The notes beneath the pieces were generated by a model. It was given only the letters and a program-made list of their open reading frames with translations, was not told where the DNA came from and ran no database searches. Position numbers and translations under genes: made by a program. Positions 1 through 8,896 of a stretch of DNA of 47,686 nucleotides are shown here, piece after piece. Location: assembly GCA_037446635.1 (NCBI GenBank), contig JBBIIG010000015.1, positions 32,060 through 79,745 on the forward strand, written 5' to 3'. Each line of letters begins with the position of its first letter. Positions within the stretch are counted from its first letter, which is position 1. Source of the DNA: a bacterium (lineage in GTDB: Bacteria > Zhuqueibacterota > Zhuqueibacteria > Oceanimicrobiales > Oceanimicrobiaceae).

Positions 1-33
1 AAAAAGATAGTGGAGTTTATTCAAACTTTATGA
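1..33 (+). CDS. 3' end of an upstream gene, truncated by the window edge
   Basis: Frame reads KKIVEFIQTL*; its TGA (31-33) overlaps the ATG at 30 (ATGA coupling). Confidence 0.45.
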   Translation, partial: KKIVEFIQTL

Positions 34-740
34 CGGCCGCTCAACAAACTGTATTCCGCCACGTCAACTTAAATGACCCAAGGCAAGACGTTCATCGGGA
101 GCAAAAACATAATCCCAATTTGCATCGTTATGTTGTTGCAGAAAGTCTCTTGCCCACCAACGCAAACGGCCTAAAGTTCCTCGAGATTGGCGGCGGAACA
201 GGTGAAATGTCACGGAGAATGCGTGAACGTGGCATAATCGTAACGTTTACCGATCTCAGCACAGCCAACATAAACCGGGCACGACAGCAGGGATTGGAGA
301 GCTATCAACTCGATCTCAACGAGGGCTTGCCAGATTTTTCGCCGGAGTGCTTTGATGGGGTTGTGATGCTTGAGGTAATCGAGCACATTGTGCGCGCCGA
401 ATATTTGCTGGAGGAGGTAAACCGAGTTCTCAAGCCCGGGGGTATTCTAATTTTGAGTACTCCAAATTTTGCCTACTTTCAGAACCGGCTCAGAATTCTT
501 GCTGGAAAACTCAGCGCCGACGAGGGGTATCATTACAGGTTCTTTACGGTGCAGTCGTTGGCAAAACAACTGCAGAAAGCTGGTTTTATTGTTGAAAAAA
601 CCGCGCACACCATGCCGGCAATCGGCATTAATTTCTTCTGGAATAAGCTCTTCGGGCAGCCGCGGCTTCATTTTCAAGTTAGCGAAGCCATCGCGCCGAT
701 TTTGGCAAATACACTGATTGTTCGTGCAAGAAAAAGATAG
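30..740 (+). CDS. Class I SAM-dependent methyltransferase (polysaccharide locus)
   Basis: LEIGGGTG motif I, FDGVVMLEVIEH, LKPGGILILSTPN. Confidence 0.9.
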   Translation: MTAAQQTVFRHVNLNDPRQDVHREQKHNPNLHRYVVAESLLPTNANGLKFLEIGGGTGEMSRRMRERGIIVTFTDLSTANINRARQQGLESYQLDLNEGLPDFSPECFDGVVMLEVIEHIVRAEYLLEEVNRVLKPGGILILSTPNFAYFQNRLRILAGKLSADEGYHYRFFTVQSLAKQLQKAGFIVEKTAHTMPAIGINFFWNKLFGQPRLHFQVSEAIAPILANTLIVRARKR

Positions 741-1852
741 TGAAACAGAGTGACCAAAATATTCTGCATGTCATGTGGAGCATGACCGTTGGCGGAGCCG
801 AAAGAGCTGTCTTTCAACTGATCAAGGCGCAACGAGCGTGCGGTCTCAATGCGGACTTGCTCGTTGCCCATGAGGTAGGATACTACGCCCAGAGTGCAGA
901 GGCATGCGGTGCAAGGGTTTGGAACCTAAACAAAGCCCACCCATTGGACTTTCGCTCAAATTCACAGGTCTCAGATTTGTTGAACAATTATGACATTATC
1001 CATTTCCATACAGCTGAAATTGGCGTCTTGAAAATTGCTTGTAAAAAGATTCATCTAAAAAGATTTTATACACACCGAGGCGGTCTTAGAGAATATTCAC
1101 TCAAGAAGAAATTCATTTATGAGATTGTAGGACACTATTTACGTCGATACTTTCATGGTCTAGCTGCTAACACCGACCAGGCTAAACGAGCGGCTGCCCA
1201 GTTATATCGCATCCCCATAGAAAAAATTAAAACAATCTACAACGGCATCGATTTTTCGTTACTACGACCGCAGACAAAGCGGGAGAATATACTGGGACTT
1301 CTACCACCATGTAAAAACGGAACGGCATACGTCGGCACATGCGCAAATCTACGACCATGGAAACGAGTTGATTTGTTGTTAGAAGCTATGTCCAGTTTAG
1401 GAGATTATAGTGTTCAATGTCTCGTAATAGGGGACGGTCCCTCAAAACCCGAACTGGAAAGAAAAGCGGAAGAGTTAGGCATTGCAACTCAAACTCACTT
1501 CTTGGGCAAGATAGAAGGAGTAGCAGACTACTTGCAGATTATGGATGTGTTTGTTCTACCCTCCGGGCCCGAGGAGTCTTTTGGCAATGCCGCTGTAGAG
1601 GCAATGGGTTTCGGTATCCCTACGATTGTTTTTGCTGATGGTGGCGGGTTGTTGGAGCATGTTGAGAATAACAAGACCGGATTCATTGTGAATAGTACTG
1701 CCCAACTAACCACGCAACTACGCGAGTTGATCAAGGATTCAAAGCTGCGAAAAAGTATTGGTCGGCGAGCTCAAATGGAAGTGTCTCAGAAATACTCGTT
1801 TGAAAACATGGTCAAAAACCATATTGCATTCTATGAACAGTCCTTCGCATAA
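740..1852 (+). CDS. Glycosyltransferase family 4
   Basis: GGAERAV N-terminus, DVFVLPS..ESFGNAAVEAMGFG (EX7E); GTG start overlaps previous stop. Confidence 0.92.
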   Translation: MKQSDQNILHVMWSMTVGGAERAVFQLIKAQRACGLNADLLVAHEVGYYAQSAEACGARVWNLNKAHPLDFRSNSQVSDLLNNYDIIHFHTAEIGVLKIACKKIHLKRFYTHRGGLREYSLKKKFIYEIVGHYLRRYFHGLAANTDQAKRAAAQLYRIPIEKIKTIYNGIDFSLLRPQTKRENILGLLPPCKNGTAYVGTCANLRPWKRVDLLLEAMSSLGDYSVQCLVIGDGPSKPELERKAEELGIATQTHFLGKIEGVADYLQIMDVFVLPSGPEESFGNAAVEAMGFGIPTIVFADGGGLLEHVENNKTGFIVNSTAQLTTQLRELIKDSKLRKSIGRRAQMEVSQKYSFENMVKNHIAFYEQSFA

Positions 1853-2654
1853 ACGTGCCAGACCGTATTCGGGATTCGTTGTTAACCACAAGGGCAGGTT
1901 TTCGATTGATAAGAAAAAAAAGCTAAGCAGCATACTGGCTAACGAGATCATACTACACGAGCTGCAGTTGTTTCTTGACAAATATTTTTGCAATCGCAGT
2001 CGGCATCGCTTACTTGATGTGGGCGCCGGGACTCGGCCGTATTGGCCAGTGTATAAGGATTACTTTGAGGAATGCATTAGTTTTGATACACGTTTTTCAG
2101 CGCATGATATTACATCGGTTGATCTAATTGCCACGGCGAACCAGCTTCCATTTCGGGAAAAAACATTTGATTGTATCATCTGTACCGAAGTACTCGAACA
2201 CGTGCCCAACCCGGTGGCCGTGCTCAGTGAATTCAGCCGAGTTCTAAAACGGGGAGGCAAAGTCTTTCTTACCACACCTTTCCTGGTGGCCTTGCATGAA
2301 ATGCCTTATGATTTTTATCGTTATACTCCTTCAGCGCTAAGGTGGATGTCCAGCCAGTCTAACCTCGTCGTGGAAACAATAGTTACAAAAGGCGACTTTT
2401 TTGCTTTGGCAATGTACGTCTTATCATACCCGGCAAAGAAAATGTGGGATTATCTTTCCAAAGCTTTAGGCATTCAACTTTATCATCCGTTGAATCCATT
2501 AGTTTTCTTCACGATAATATTTCCGCAGATGATGTACTTTTCGTGGTGGAAAAAGGCCGTCCACTCCCAAAGGAATTCAATTATGTCCAAAATCTATGGC
2601 AAGCTGGACTACATTACTTTGGGTTATGTTACGACTTTACAAAAGTCGGTCTGA
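1833..2654 (+). CDS. Class I SAM-dependent methyltransferase (type 11-like)
   Basis: LLDVGAG, LPF..FDCIICTEVLEHVPNP, LKRGGKVFLTTPF, PYDFYRYT; ATG 1833 chosen over the 1758 start. Confidence 0.88.
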   Translation: MNSPSHKRARPYSGFVVNHKGRFSIDKKKKLSSILANEIILHELQLFLDKYFCNRSRHRLLDVGAGTRPYWPVYKDYFEECISFDTRFSAHDITSVDLIATANQLPFREKTFDCIICTEVLEHVPNPVAVLSEFSRVLKRGGKVFLTTPFLVALHEMPYDFYRYTPSALRWMSSQSNLVVETIVTKGDFFALAMYVLSYPAKKMWDYLSKALGIQLYHPLNPLVFFTIIFPQMMYFSWWKKAVHSQRNSIMSKIYGKLDYITLGYVTTLQKSV

Positions 2655-2686
2655 TTTATTGTTCTACTTTCCGTTCAAGCGCACTC

Positions 2687-3817
2687 GTGCGAATCCTTCT
2701 CGTTCACAACATCCCGAACCCCTATCGAATCCCGTTGTTCAATGAGGTCAATTCTCAGCTGGCGGCAGAGGGCTGGGAATTCAAAGTTATTTTTGGCGCG
2801 CATTCTTACTCGCGGCGACGCTGGCAGTTCGATCTAGCGCAATGTCAGTTTCACTTTGAGATTCTTAGGTCGATGAAATTGGTACTGGGCAGCCGCGAAA
2901 GGACCATGTTTCTCTATTCTGGTTTGCTTAAGGCGATAAAGAAGCTCAAGCCCGATATTATTATTACTACTGGTTTCTCGATGGCTACTGTGAAGGTTTA
3001 TTGGTATTGTAAACGGCGTGCAATTCCATACATCATCTGGTCGGGGACGGTACCCACCAAAGCTAACTCTCATTCTTTTTTAAGATTGTTTCTGCGAACA
3101 TTTTTGGCGAAAAGCGCAAAGGGTTTTATTGCTTATGGTACCCTTGCGAAAGAATACTTATCACAACTCGGGATAGAAAAAGAGAAAATTTCTATAGCAA
3201 TCAACACCACTGATGTCGAGTTGTTTAAGTCAGAAGTGGATAAAATACGTAAGGCCACAACCTCAACTGCGGAACCCAAGCGATTGCTTTATGTTGGGCA
3301 TCTAACCAAAGGCAAGAGGATTGACTTACTTCTCACTATTGTCTCTCAGTTACGAAAAACCAGAAGCGATTTTGTACTTGATATTGTTGGAGATGGTCCG
3401 GAGCGACGTAACCTTGAAACTTTTTCACGTTCGCTGTATTTGAACGGCCACGTTAGATTTCACGGCTTTAAGCAAAGAGATGACGTGTTGAAATTTCTTG
3501 CACATTCTAATTGCTTCTTATTTCCTTCGGAATATGATATTTGGGGTCTCGTACTTGTCGAAGCCATGGCTGCTGGAATCCCGTGCTTGGCTTCCGTTCA
3601 TGCGGGCGCGAGTTCTGACTTGGTCAAAGATGGCGAAAATGGGTTTCTGATGGATTTCAAAAACACAGATGCCGTTGTTGAGAAAGTAAATTGCCTTTTG
3701 GACAATCCGGACCAGATTGCGTCGTTTGGAAAAAATGCACAAAAGTTTGTTCTTGAACAGGCCAATTTGAAAGTCTCGGCCGCTGGTTTTTTGAAAGCAT
3801 TGAAGATTGTATTATGA
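2687..3817 (+). CDS. Glycosyltransferase family 4
   Basis: Likely GTG start (VRILLVHNIPNPYR); FLFPSEYDIWGLVLVEAMAAG motif. Confidence 0.9.
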   Translation: MRILLVHNIPNPYRIPLFNEVNSQLAAEGWEFKVIFGAHSYSRRRWQFDLAQCQFHFEILRSMKLVLGSRERTMFLYSGLLKAIKKLKPDIIITTGFSMATVKVYWYCKRRAIPYIIWSGTVPTKANSHSFLRLFLRTFLAKSAKGFIAYGTLAKEYLSQLGIEKEKISIAINTTDVELFKSEVDKIRKATTSTAEPKRLLYVGHLTKGKRIDLLLTIVSQLRKTRSDFVLDIVGDGPERRNLETFSRSLYLNGHVRFHGFKQRDDVLKFLAHSNCFLFPSEYDIWGLVLVEAMAAGIPCLASVHAGASSDLVKDGENGFLMDFKNTDAVVEKVNCLLDNPDQIASFGKNAQKFVLEQANLKVSAAGFLKALKIVL

Positions 3818-5127
3818 TAGTCGCTCCTTCTGAATGGCTGGTGTGGTTACGAACAAGGCCGAGATTCTTTAGAGCGTTTCTAACGCTTATACTCATTAAG
3901 CCGGCGATTGACATTTTTTGGGATACCGCGGTCCCATCAACTTCCATCACTATTCTGCAGGCATTTGGAGTTATTCTAATCTTTGTTGTAATTCTTTCTT
4001 TGATTGGACGCAGACCATACCAGGTTGTGAAGGAAACCTGGTCGCAATTTTTTCTTTTTGCCTGGCTTTTGCTGCAATTGCTAAATGTGATTTTAATTTG
4101 CGCCTCTTACCTGTCATTGGATGTCATCGCTCTTTCTTTAAAAATTTCCCTGCCGCTTTACATCGTTCTGTTTTACCGGAAATATATCTTCTCACTGAAA
4201 GATTTGGACGGTATTTTGACAACGTTTTATTTCTCATTGGCCGTGCCCGCCGTCAACTTTTTTTACAACCTTGCTTTTAATCAGGTCTTTACCCCATCGC
4301 GAGGGCTGAGTCGATTAGAAACCGAATATGCCGATGTTTCCAATTTTGGGATCGCTGTTAATCTCTCACTGGTTATCGTTGGTTATTTTTTGTTACGAAA
4401 TAGCCGCGATATTAGGTTATATCAGCGTGCGGTTAAACTACTCTACGTCAACCTCGCACTTGCGGCTTTGGTTTTGGTTAATATTCATCATGCTGCGTCG
4501 TCGCTGATTTTCGCCGTCCTCTTGATCCTATTTTGGGTGTACAATTACAAACAGCGAGGTGTCTTTTCTTTGTGCCTCTTTCTTGCTTGCATATATTTTT
4601 TTCATGATGCTGCATTTACCGAAAAAATCAATGTTCTTTATAAAACCGACATTGCCGTTGTGAAAGGAGAAACCGAAGAATATCGCGCCTTTCATGGTAG
4701 GATGGGCCGGTGGCAAAGGCACTTTGAAGTTTTTTCCAAACAAAGCGGCTATGCTCAATTAGTGGGTTTGGCCGGATTGACGCAACCGAGCCTGATTGGA
4801 CATGGCCCACACAATGATTATTTAAGAATTCTCTTTAGCTCAGGTTATCTGGGCTTGTTATTCTATTTTTTATTTTTGGCGATTATTTTTGCGCGGAGTC
4901 TCAATCTAAGTAAGAATCACAAATTCTTAGTTCATGGCATACTGCTTTTTCTCGTCTTGCAGTCGATGACGCTGACTCCCACCACCTATCACGGGGTCAA
5001 TTTCGTGTTCATGGCCATAGTAGTGTGGTTGCAACTTCCGAGGTACAATAGGGAGTTGGATTACTCTCCAATACCAATAAGGGGAGATTTGCGCCAAATT
5101 CCGGCCCCTGTGCCGATGCCTTCATAG
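3814..5127 (+). CDS. O-antigen polymerase/ligase (Wzy/WaaL-like) membrane protein
   Basis: Many hydrophobic segments, GR..RW loop and GHGPHNDYLRILFSSGYLGL (Wzy_C-type HN motif). Confidence 0.8.
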   Translation: MIVAPSEWLVWLRTRPRFFRAFLTLILIKPAIDIFWDTAVPSTSITILQAFGVILIFVVILSLIGRRPYQVVKETWSQFFLFAWLLLQLLNVILICASYLSLDVIALSLKISLPLYIVLFYRKYIFSLKDLDGILTTFYFSLAVPAVNFFYNLAFNQVFTPSRGLSRLETEYADVSNFGIAVNLSLVIVGYFLLRNSRDIRLYQRAVKLLYVNLALAALVLVNIHHAASSLIFAVLLILFWVYNYKQRGVFSLCLFLACIYFFHDAAFTEKINVLYKTDIAVVKGETEEYRAFHGRMGRWQRHFEVFSKQSGYAQLVGLAGLTQPSLIGHGPHNDYLRILFSSGYLGLLFYFLFLAIIFARSLNLSKNHKFLVHGILLFLVLQSMTLTPTTYHGVNFVFMAIVVWLQLPRYNRELDYSPIPIRGDLRQIPAPVPMPS

Positions 5128-5211
5128 AAGACTGCGTTTAGAACGCTGATTGGTAGCAAGCATCGGATTTAGTCCGATACTTTCTGTTAATCCAAGTTCT
5201 AATTTTGAAAT

Positions 5212-6324
5212 ATGCAAAGATCCAAAAAGACCGTCCTCATTCTTGGCAAGCTTCCTCCGCCGTACATCGGCCCGGCCGTTGCCACTCAAATTATTTTGAA
5301 CTCGCGACTGCGGGAAAAATTTGATATTTACCATTTAGACACCTCCGACCACCGCGACCTCAGCACCCTCGGCAGAATCGATCTCCAAAATGTTGTCATT
5401 GCACTGAAACAGTATCTCAAGCTAATGTGGTTGTTGGCTACCCGGGAAATCGATCTGGTTTATCTTCCCAACAAGCAAACCACCATCGGGTTTTTGCAGG
5501 ATTTGCCAATTATTTTGATCACAAAAATTTTTCGCAAGAAGCTGGTTTGTCATCTTCGCGGCGGCAATTTCAAAAATTGGTATCTCTCATTAAGCCCCTG
5601 GCTACGGTGGATAGTCAAAAAGACGTATCGTTGCGTGGACGCCCAGATCGTTCTCAGCCAAAATCTCACGCATCTATTTGAAGGAATTGTTTCACCAGAG
5701 AAAATTCACGTGGCGCCGAACGGTGGAAATTTTGATTTTTGCCAGCGCTTCAGAAATGGAAACGGGAGACGAATGCGCGTGCTTTATTTGACCAATTTTC
5801 ACAAAAGCAAAGGCGTCCTGGATGTGTTGCATGCCGTCCCTCTCGTGGATCATAACGGCTCGGTAGAATTTACGTTTGCCGGCTCGTGGCGGGATCAGGA
5901 GACGCAGGCGCATTTTAAGAAATTTGTGGAAAATGAAAATAGTCTTCCGGTTACAGTGGTAGGTTCGGTGGCAGGAGAGGCTAAACGCAAACTCTTTGAG
6001 GCGAGCGACGTTTTTGTTTTCCCGACTTACTATCCACCCGAAGGCCATCCCTGGGTGATCGTCGAGGCGATGGCGGCGGGGTTGCCCATCATCTCCACCG
6101 ATCAAGGGGCGATCCCCGAATCCGTCATCGATGGCGTCAATGGCTTTATTGTGGAAAAACGGAACCCCCAGCAAATTGCCGAGAAGCTGAAAATACTCAT
6201 CGAGAATCCGGAGCTGCGCAAAAAAATAGGACAGGAGAGCCGCCGGCTCTACGAAGAGAATTTCACGGAAGAGAAGATGGTGGAACGGCTGGCGGCGGTG
6301 TTCGATAAGGTGCTGAGTGAATAA
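5212..6324 (+). CDS. Glycosyltransferase family 4
   Basis: PPPYIGPA N-terminus; DVFVFPTYYPPEGHPWVIVEAMAAGLP. Confidence 0.92.
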   Translation: MQRSKKTVLILGKLPPPYIGPAVATQIILNSRLREKFDIYHLDTSDHRDLSTLGRIDLQNVVIALKQYLKLMWLLATREIDLVYLPNKQTTIGFLQDLPIILITKIFRKKLVCHLRGGNFKNWYLSLSPWLRWIVKKTYRCVDAQIVLSQNLTHLFEGIVSPEKIHVAPNGGNFDFCQRFRNGNGRRMRVLYLTNFHKSKGVLDVLHAVPLVDHNGSVEFTFAGSWRDQETQAHFKKFVENENSLPVTVVGSVAGEAKRKLFEASDVFVFPTYYPPEGHPWVIVEAMAAGLPIISTDQGAIPESVIDGVNGFIVEKRNPQQIAEKLKILIENPELRKKIGQESRRLYEENFTEEKMVERLAAVFDKVLSE

Positions 6325-6344
6325 CACACCGTCATGGGCGCCTT

Positions 6345-6376
6345 TCCATTGATCCACTAATCCACTAATCCAACAA
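6345..6376. repeat. Degenerate 8-mer tandem array (TCCA-NNNN x4)
   Basis: tccattga tccactaa tccactaa tccaacaa. Confidence 0.7.
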
Positions 6377-6463
6377 CATCGGCGTTAACGGAATTCACCG
6401 GACAACCCCCCTTCGGCAAGCTCAGGGCAGGCTCTAACCCCCTTTCCCTAAGGGCGAAAAAAC

Positions 6464-8389
6464 ATGTGTGGCATCTCGGGATACATAACAGACTATAGTA
6501 GAAGCCATCCGAATATTCTGGAAACGCTGGCGCACCGCGGGCCGGACCATGCAGCATTTTATCTCGATCATCTGTATGGCCAGACCATCTATCTCGGCCA
6601 CAATCGCCTGAGCATTCTCGATCTGTCGGAGAATGGCCATCAGCCCATGCAGTCGCAGGATGGCCTCATCACGCTGATTTATAACGGCGAAGTGTACAAC
6701 CACGAGGCGCTGAGGCGTGAGTTTTTGCGGGATCGCAAGTTCCACTCCAACACCGACACCGAGACCATTCTTTACCTCTACGAGAAATTTGGCATCGATT
6801 GCGTCAATAAGCTCAACGGCGATTTCGCCATCGCCATCCTCGATAAACGCCATTCCAAGTTCTACTTAGTGCGTGACCGCTTCGGTGTCAAGCCGTTGTA
6901 CTACGCCTTCACCAAAGGAGAATTGATCTTCGGGTCGGAAATCAAGGCAATTCTGGCCGTTCGCGATGATTCCCCAATAAACACAAAGGGGGTTGCCCGC
7001 TACCTGGTTTTCAAGTACTCGCTAGGGGAGGAGACGCTGTTCGCCGGTATCAAGCGGCTGAAACCCGCGCACTATCTCGAGTATGACCTTTACACTCGCA
7101 AGATACGCAATGAATCATACTGGCAAGTTAGCAGCAACACCCTTTACCACAACCTGAGTTATGCCGATGCCAGGCAACAGTTATTCGATTTGCTGGCCGA
7201 TGCCACCCGCATCCGTCTCATGGCGGACGTGCCGGTGGGGAACTTCTTTTCCGGTGGCGTCGATTCTTCCACTATCGCTTACTTCATCAAAGATAACACG
7301 GCCATCACGCATTACTGCGCCCGCAAAAACGAGCGGGCCATCAGGGAGGAAGGCACCACCTCCGACTTCCAATATGCCGCCCGGCTGGCCGGCGAGCTCA
7401 AGCTTAATTTTCATCCCATTGACATTGGCGATTCGGAATTGGAGCTGAGCCTGATCCGGCAGACTCTCTATTACTCTGACGACCTGATTGCGGATGGCTC
7501 GCAAATACCATCCTATCTCATCACCCGCGAAGCAGCCAAAACTTCGAAAGTCCTGCTCTCCGGTATGGGCGCCGACGAAGTGTTTCTGGGCTATGCTGGT
7601 CATTTACTGGCGCTGCTTTCTTCGCGACTCGATAGCCTGCCTCTGCTTTCCAACGCCGCCGCAAAATGGCTGCGAAAGGTTGAACAGGGCAACGGATATT
7701 TTAAAGCCTATCGCCGCTATTTGCACAAGTTAGGGAAGTACCACCGCTATCCCCGCTTCAAGTATGGCTTGTTCGCCATTGTTGGCGATTTCGAAAATGC
7801 CCTCTCCGTCTATCCAACCGACGAAGAAAACGTTGCGGATTATATCGCTTCTTATTTTCCTGACGACCAGGACGTATTCGAGTGCATTCATCAGTTTGAG
7901 TTCGAGAATTTTCTCGTGAAGAACCTGCACTACCTGGACCGTCTTTGCATGGCCAACTCAACGGAAGGGCGGGTACCGTTCCTCGACCACCGCATCGTTG
8001 AGTTCGCCTATAGTCTGCCGCGTCAGTACAAGCTCACGAATTTGGGGGCATCCAAGAAAATACTCAAAGATGCGATGCGGCCCTACCTGCCATCTTATGT
8101 CCTCGACCGGCGCAAGGCTGGCTTTGGCATGCCTCTGCGCAGCCTATTCAGCACGCCGGCGAAAGTGTGGAGTCTGTTGGACAAGGATTTTTTCGGCAAT
8201 TTGGATGGCTTTTCCGTGCCGAACATCGAGCGCATCGTTGAGAATCACGTCTACGGCCGGGAAGATAATTCTACCCTCATCTACGCGTTGATTTCTTTTC
8301 AGGAATGGTATAAGATGTTTTTCGACCGAGAAAGTTCATCTTCTCCATCCGCTCAACACATCGAAGTGCCTGCTTTGGTATTAGGCTAA
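6464..8389 (+). CDS. asnB: Asparagine synthase (glutamine-hydrolysing)-like amidotransferase
   Basis: MCGI N-terminus, HRGPD, RLSILDL, YNGEVYN, RDRFGVKPLYY, SGGVDSS, SGMGADEVF, RVPFLDH. Confidence 0.96.
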   Translation: MCGISGYITDYSRSHPNILETLAHRGPDHAAFYLDHLYGQTIYLGHNRLSILDLSENGHQPMQSQDGLITLIYNGEVYNHEALRREFLRDRKFHSNTDTETILYLYEKFGIDCVNKLNGDFAIAILDKRHSKFYLVRDRFGVKPLYYAFTKGELIFGSEIKAILAVRDDSPINTKGVARYLVFKYSLGEETLFAGIKRLKPAHYLEYDLYTRKIRNESYWQVSSNTLYHNLSYADARQQLFDLLADATRIRLMADVPVGNFFSGGVDSSTIAYFIKDNTAITHYCARKNERAIREEGTTSDFQYAARLAGELKLNFHPIDIGDSELELSLIRQTLYYSDDLIADGSQIPSYLITREAAKTSKVLLSGMGADEVFLGYAGHLLALLSSRLDSLPLLSNAAAKWLRKVEQGNGYFKAYRRYLHKLGKYHRYPRFKYGLFAIVGDFENALSVYPTDEENVADYIASYFPDDQDVFECIHQFEFENFLVKNLHYLDRLCMANSTEGRVPFLDHRIVEFAYSLPRQYKLTNLGASKKILKDAMRPYLPSYVLDRRKAGFGMPLRSLFSTPAKVWSLLDKDFFGNLDGFSVPNIERIVENHVYGREDNSTLIYALISFQEWYKMFFDRESSSSPSAQHIEVPALVLG

Positions 8390-8446
8390 TAATGAAAATA
8401 AGCGAAATACTGCAACTCTGTGCCTGGGAAATTTTGAAGGCATCTT

Positions 8447-8718
8447 GATCAAACACCTTCTGAGATGGTGTTTGATCCGAGGCAAATCCGTACGAACTCA
8501 CGCGGGATTTGCCGCGCTCATCAAGCCCGCCTGCCTCGGGCAGGTAATCCCGCGCGAAAGAATGAATGGGGGTTGCATCCCGCAAATGGTTGTTTCCGCT
8601 GGGATTATTTGGCGGGCAGAGCACGGAGCTTAAATCCCCAACGAGCAGATCATTCCTAACACAGTTTTAAACGGTGTTTGTCTTAACGACGCTCCAATAC
8701 ACTGTTGCAAACAGTGTA
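8447..8718. repeat. Cluster of REP-like palindromes and nested hairpins
   Basis: Three related 21-bp palindromes (8452-8472, 8658-8678, 8698-8718) plus CGCGGGATT..AATCCCGCG enclosing CCTGCC-TCG-GGCAGG. Confidence 0.7.
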
Positions 8719-8825
8719 GGATCCATATTGTTAGCGCCACAAATACGCAATCGTAATTATGAAAACGTGCACTTAGTTTAGGGATGCGACGGCAATAGGA
8801 TTAACGCAATTTGGACATTCCTTGA

Positions 8826-8857
8826 TCCGGTACGCCAATACTCCATCACTCCACTAC
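8826..8857. repeat. Degenerate 8-mer tandem array
   Basis: tccggtac gccaatac tccatcac tccactac. Confidence 0.6.
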
Positions 8858-8896
8858 CCACGTTCTAAAATAACTGCGGCTCCGCTAACATAGCAA

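Noticed and set aside
8277..8659. Short ORFs in the asnB-oxidoreductase gap
   Set aside because: They are translations of palindromic repeats with no RBS or family motifs
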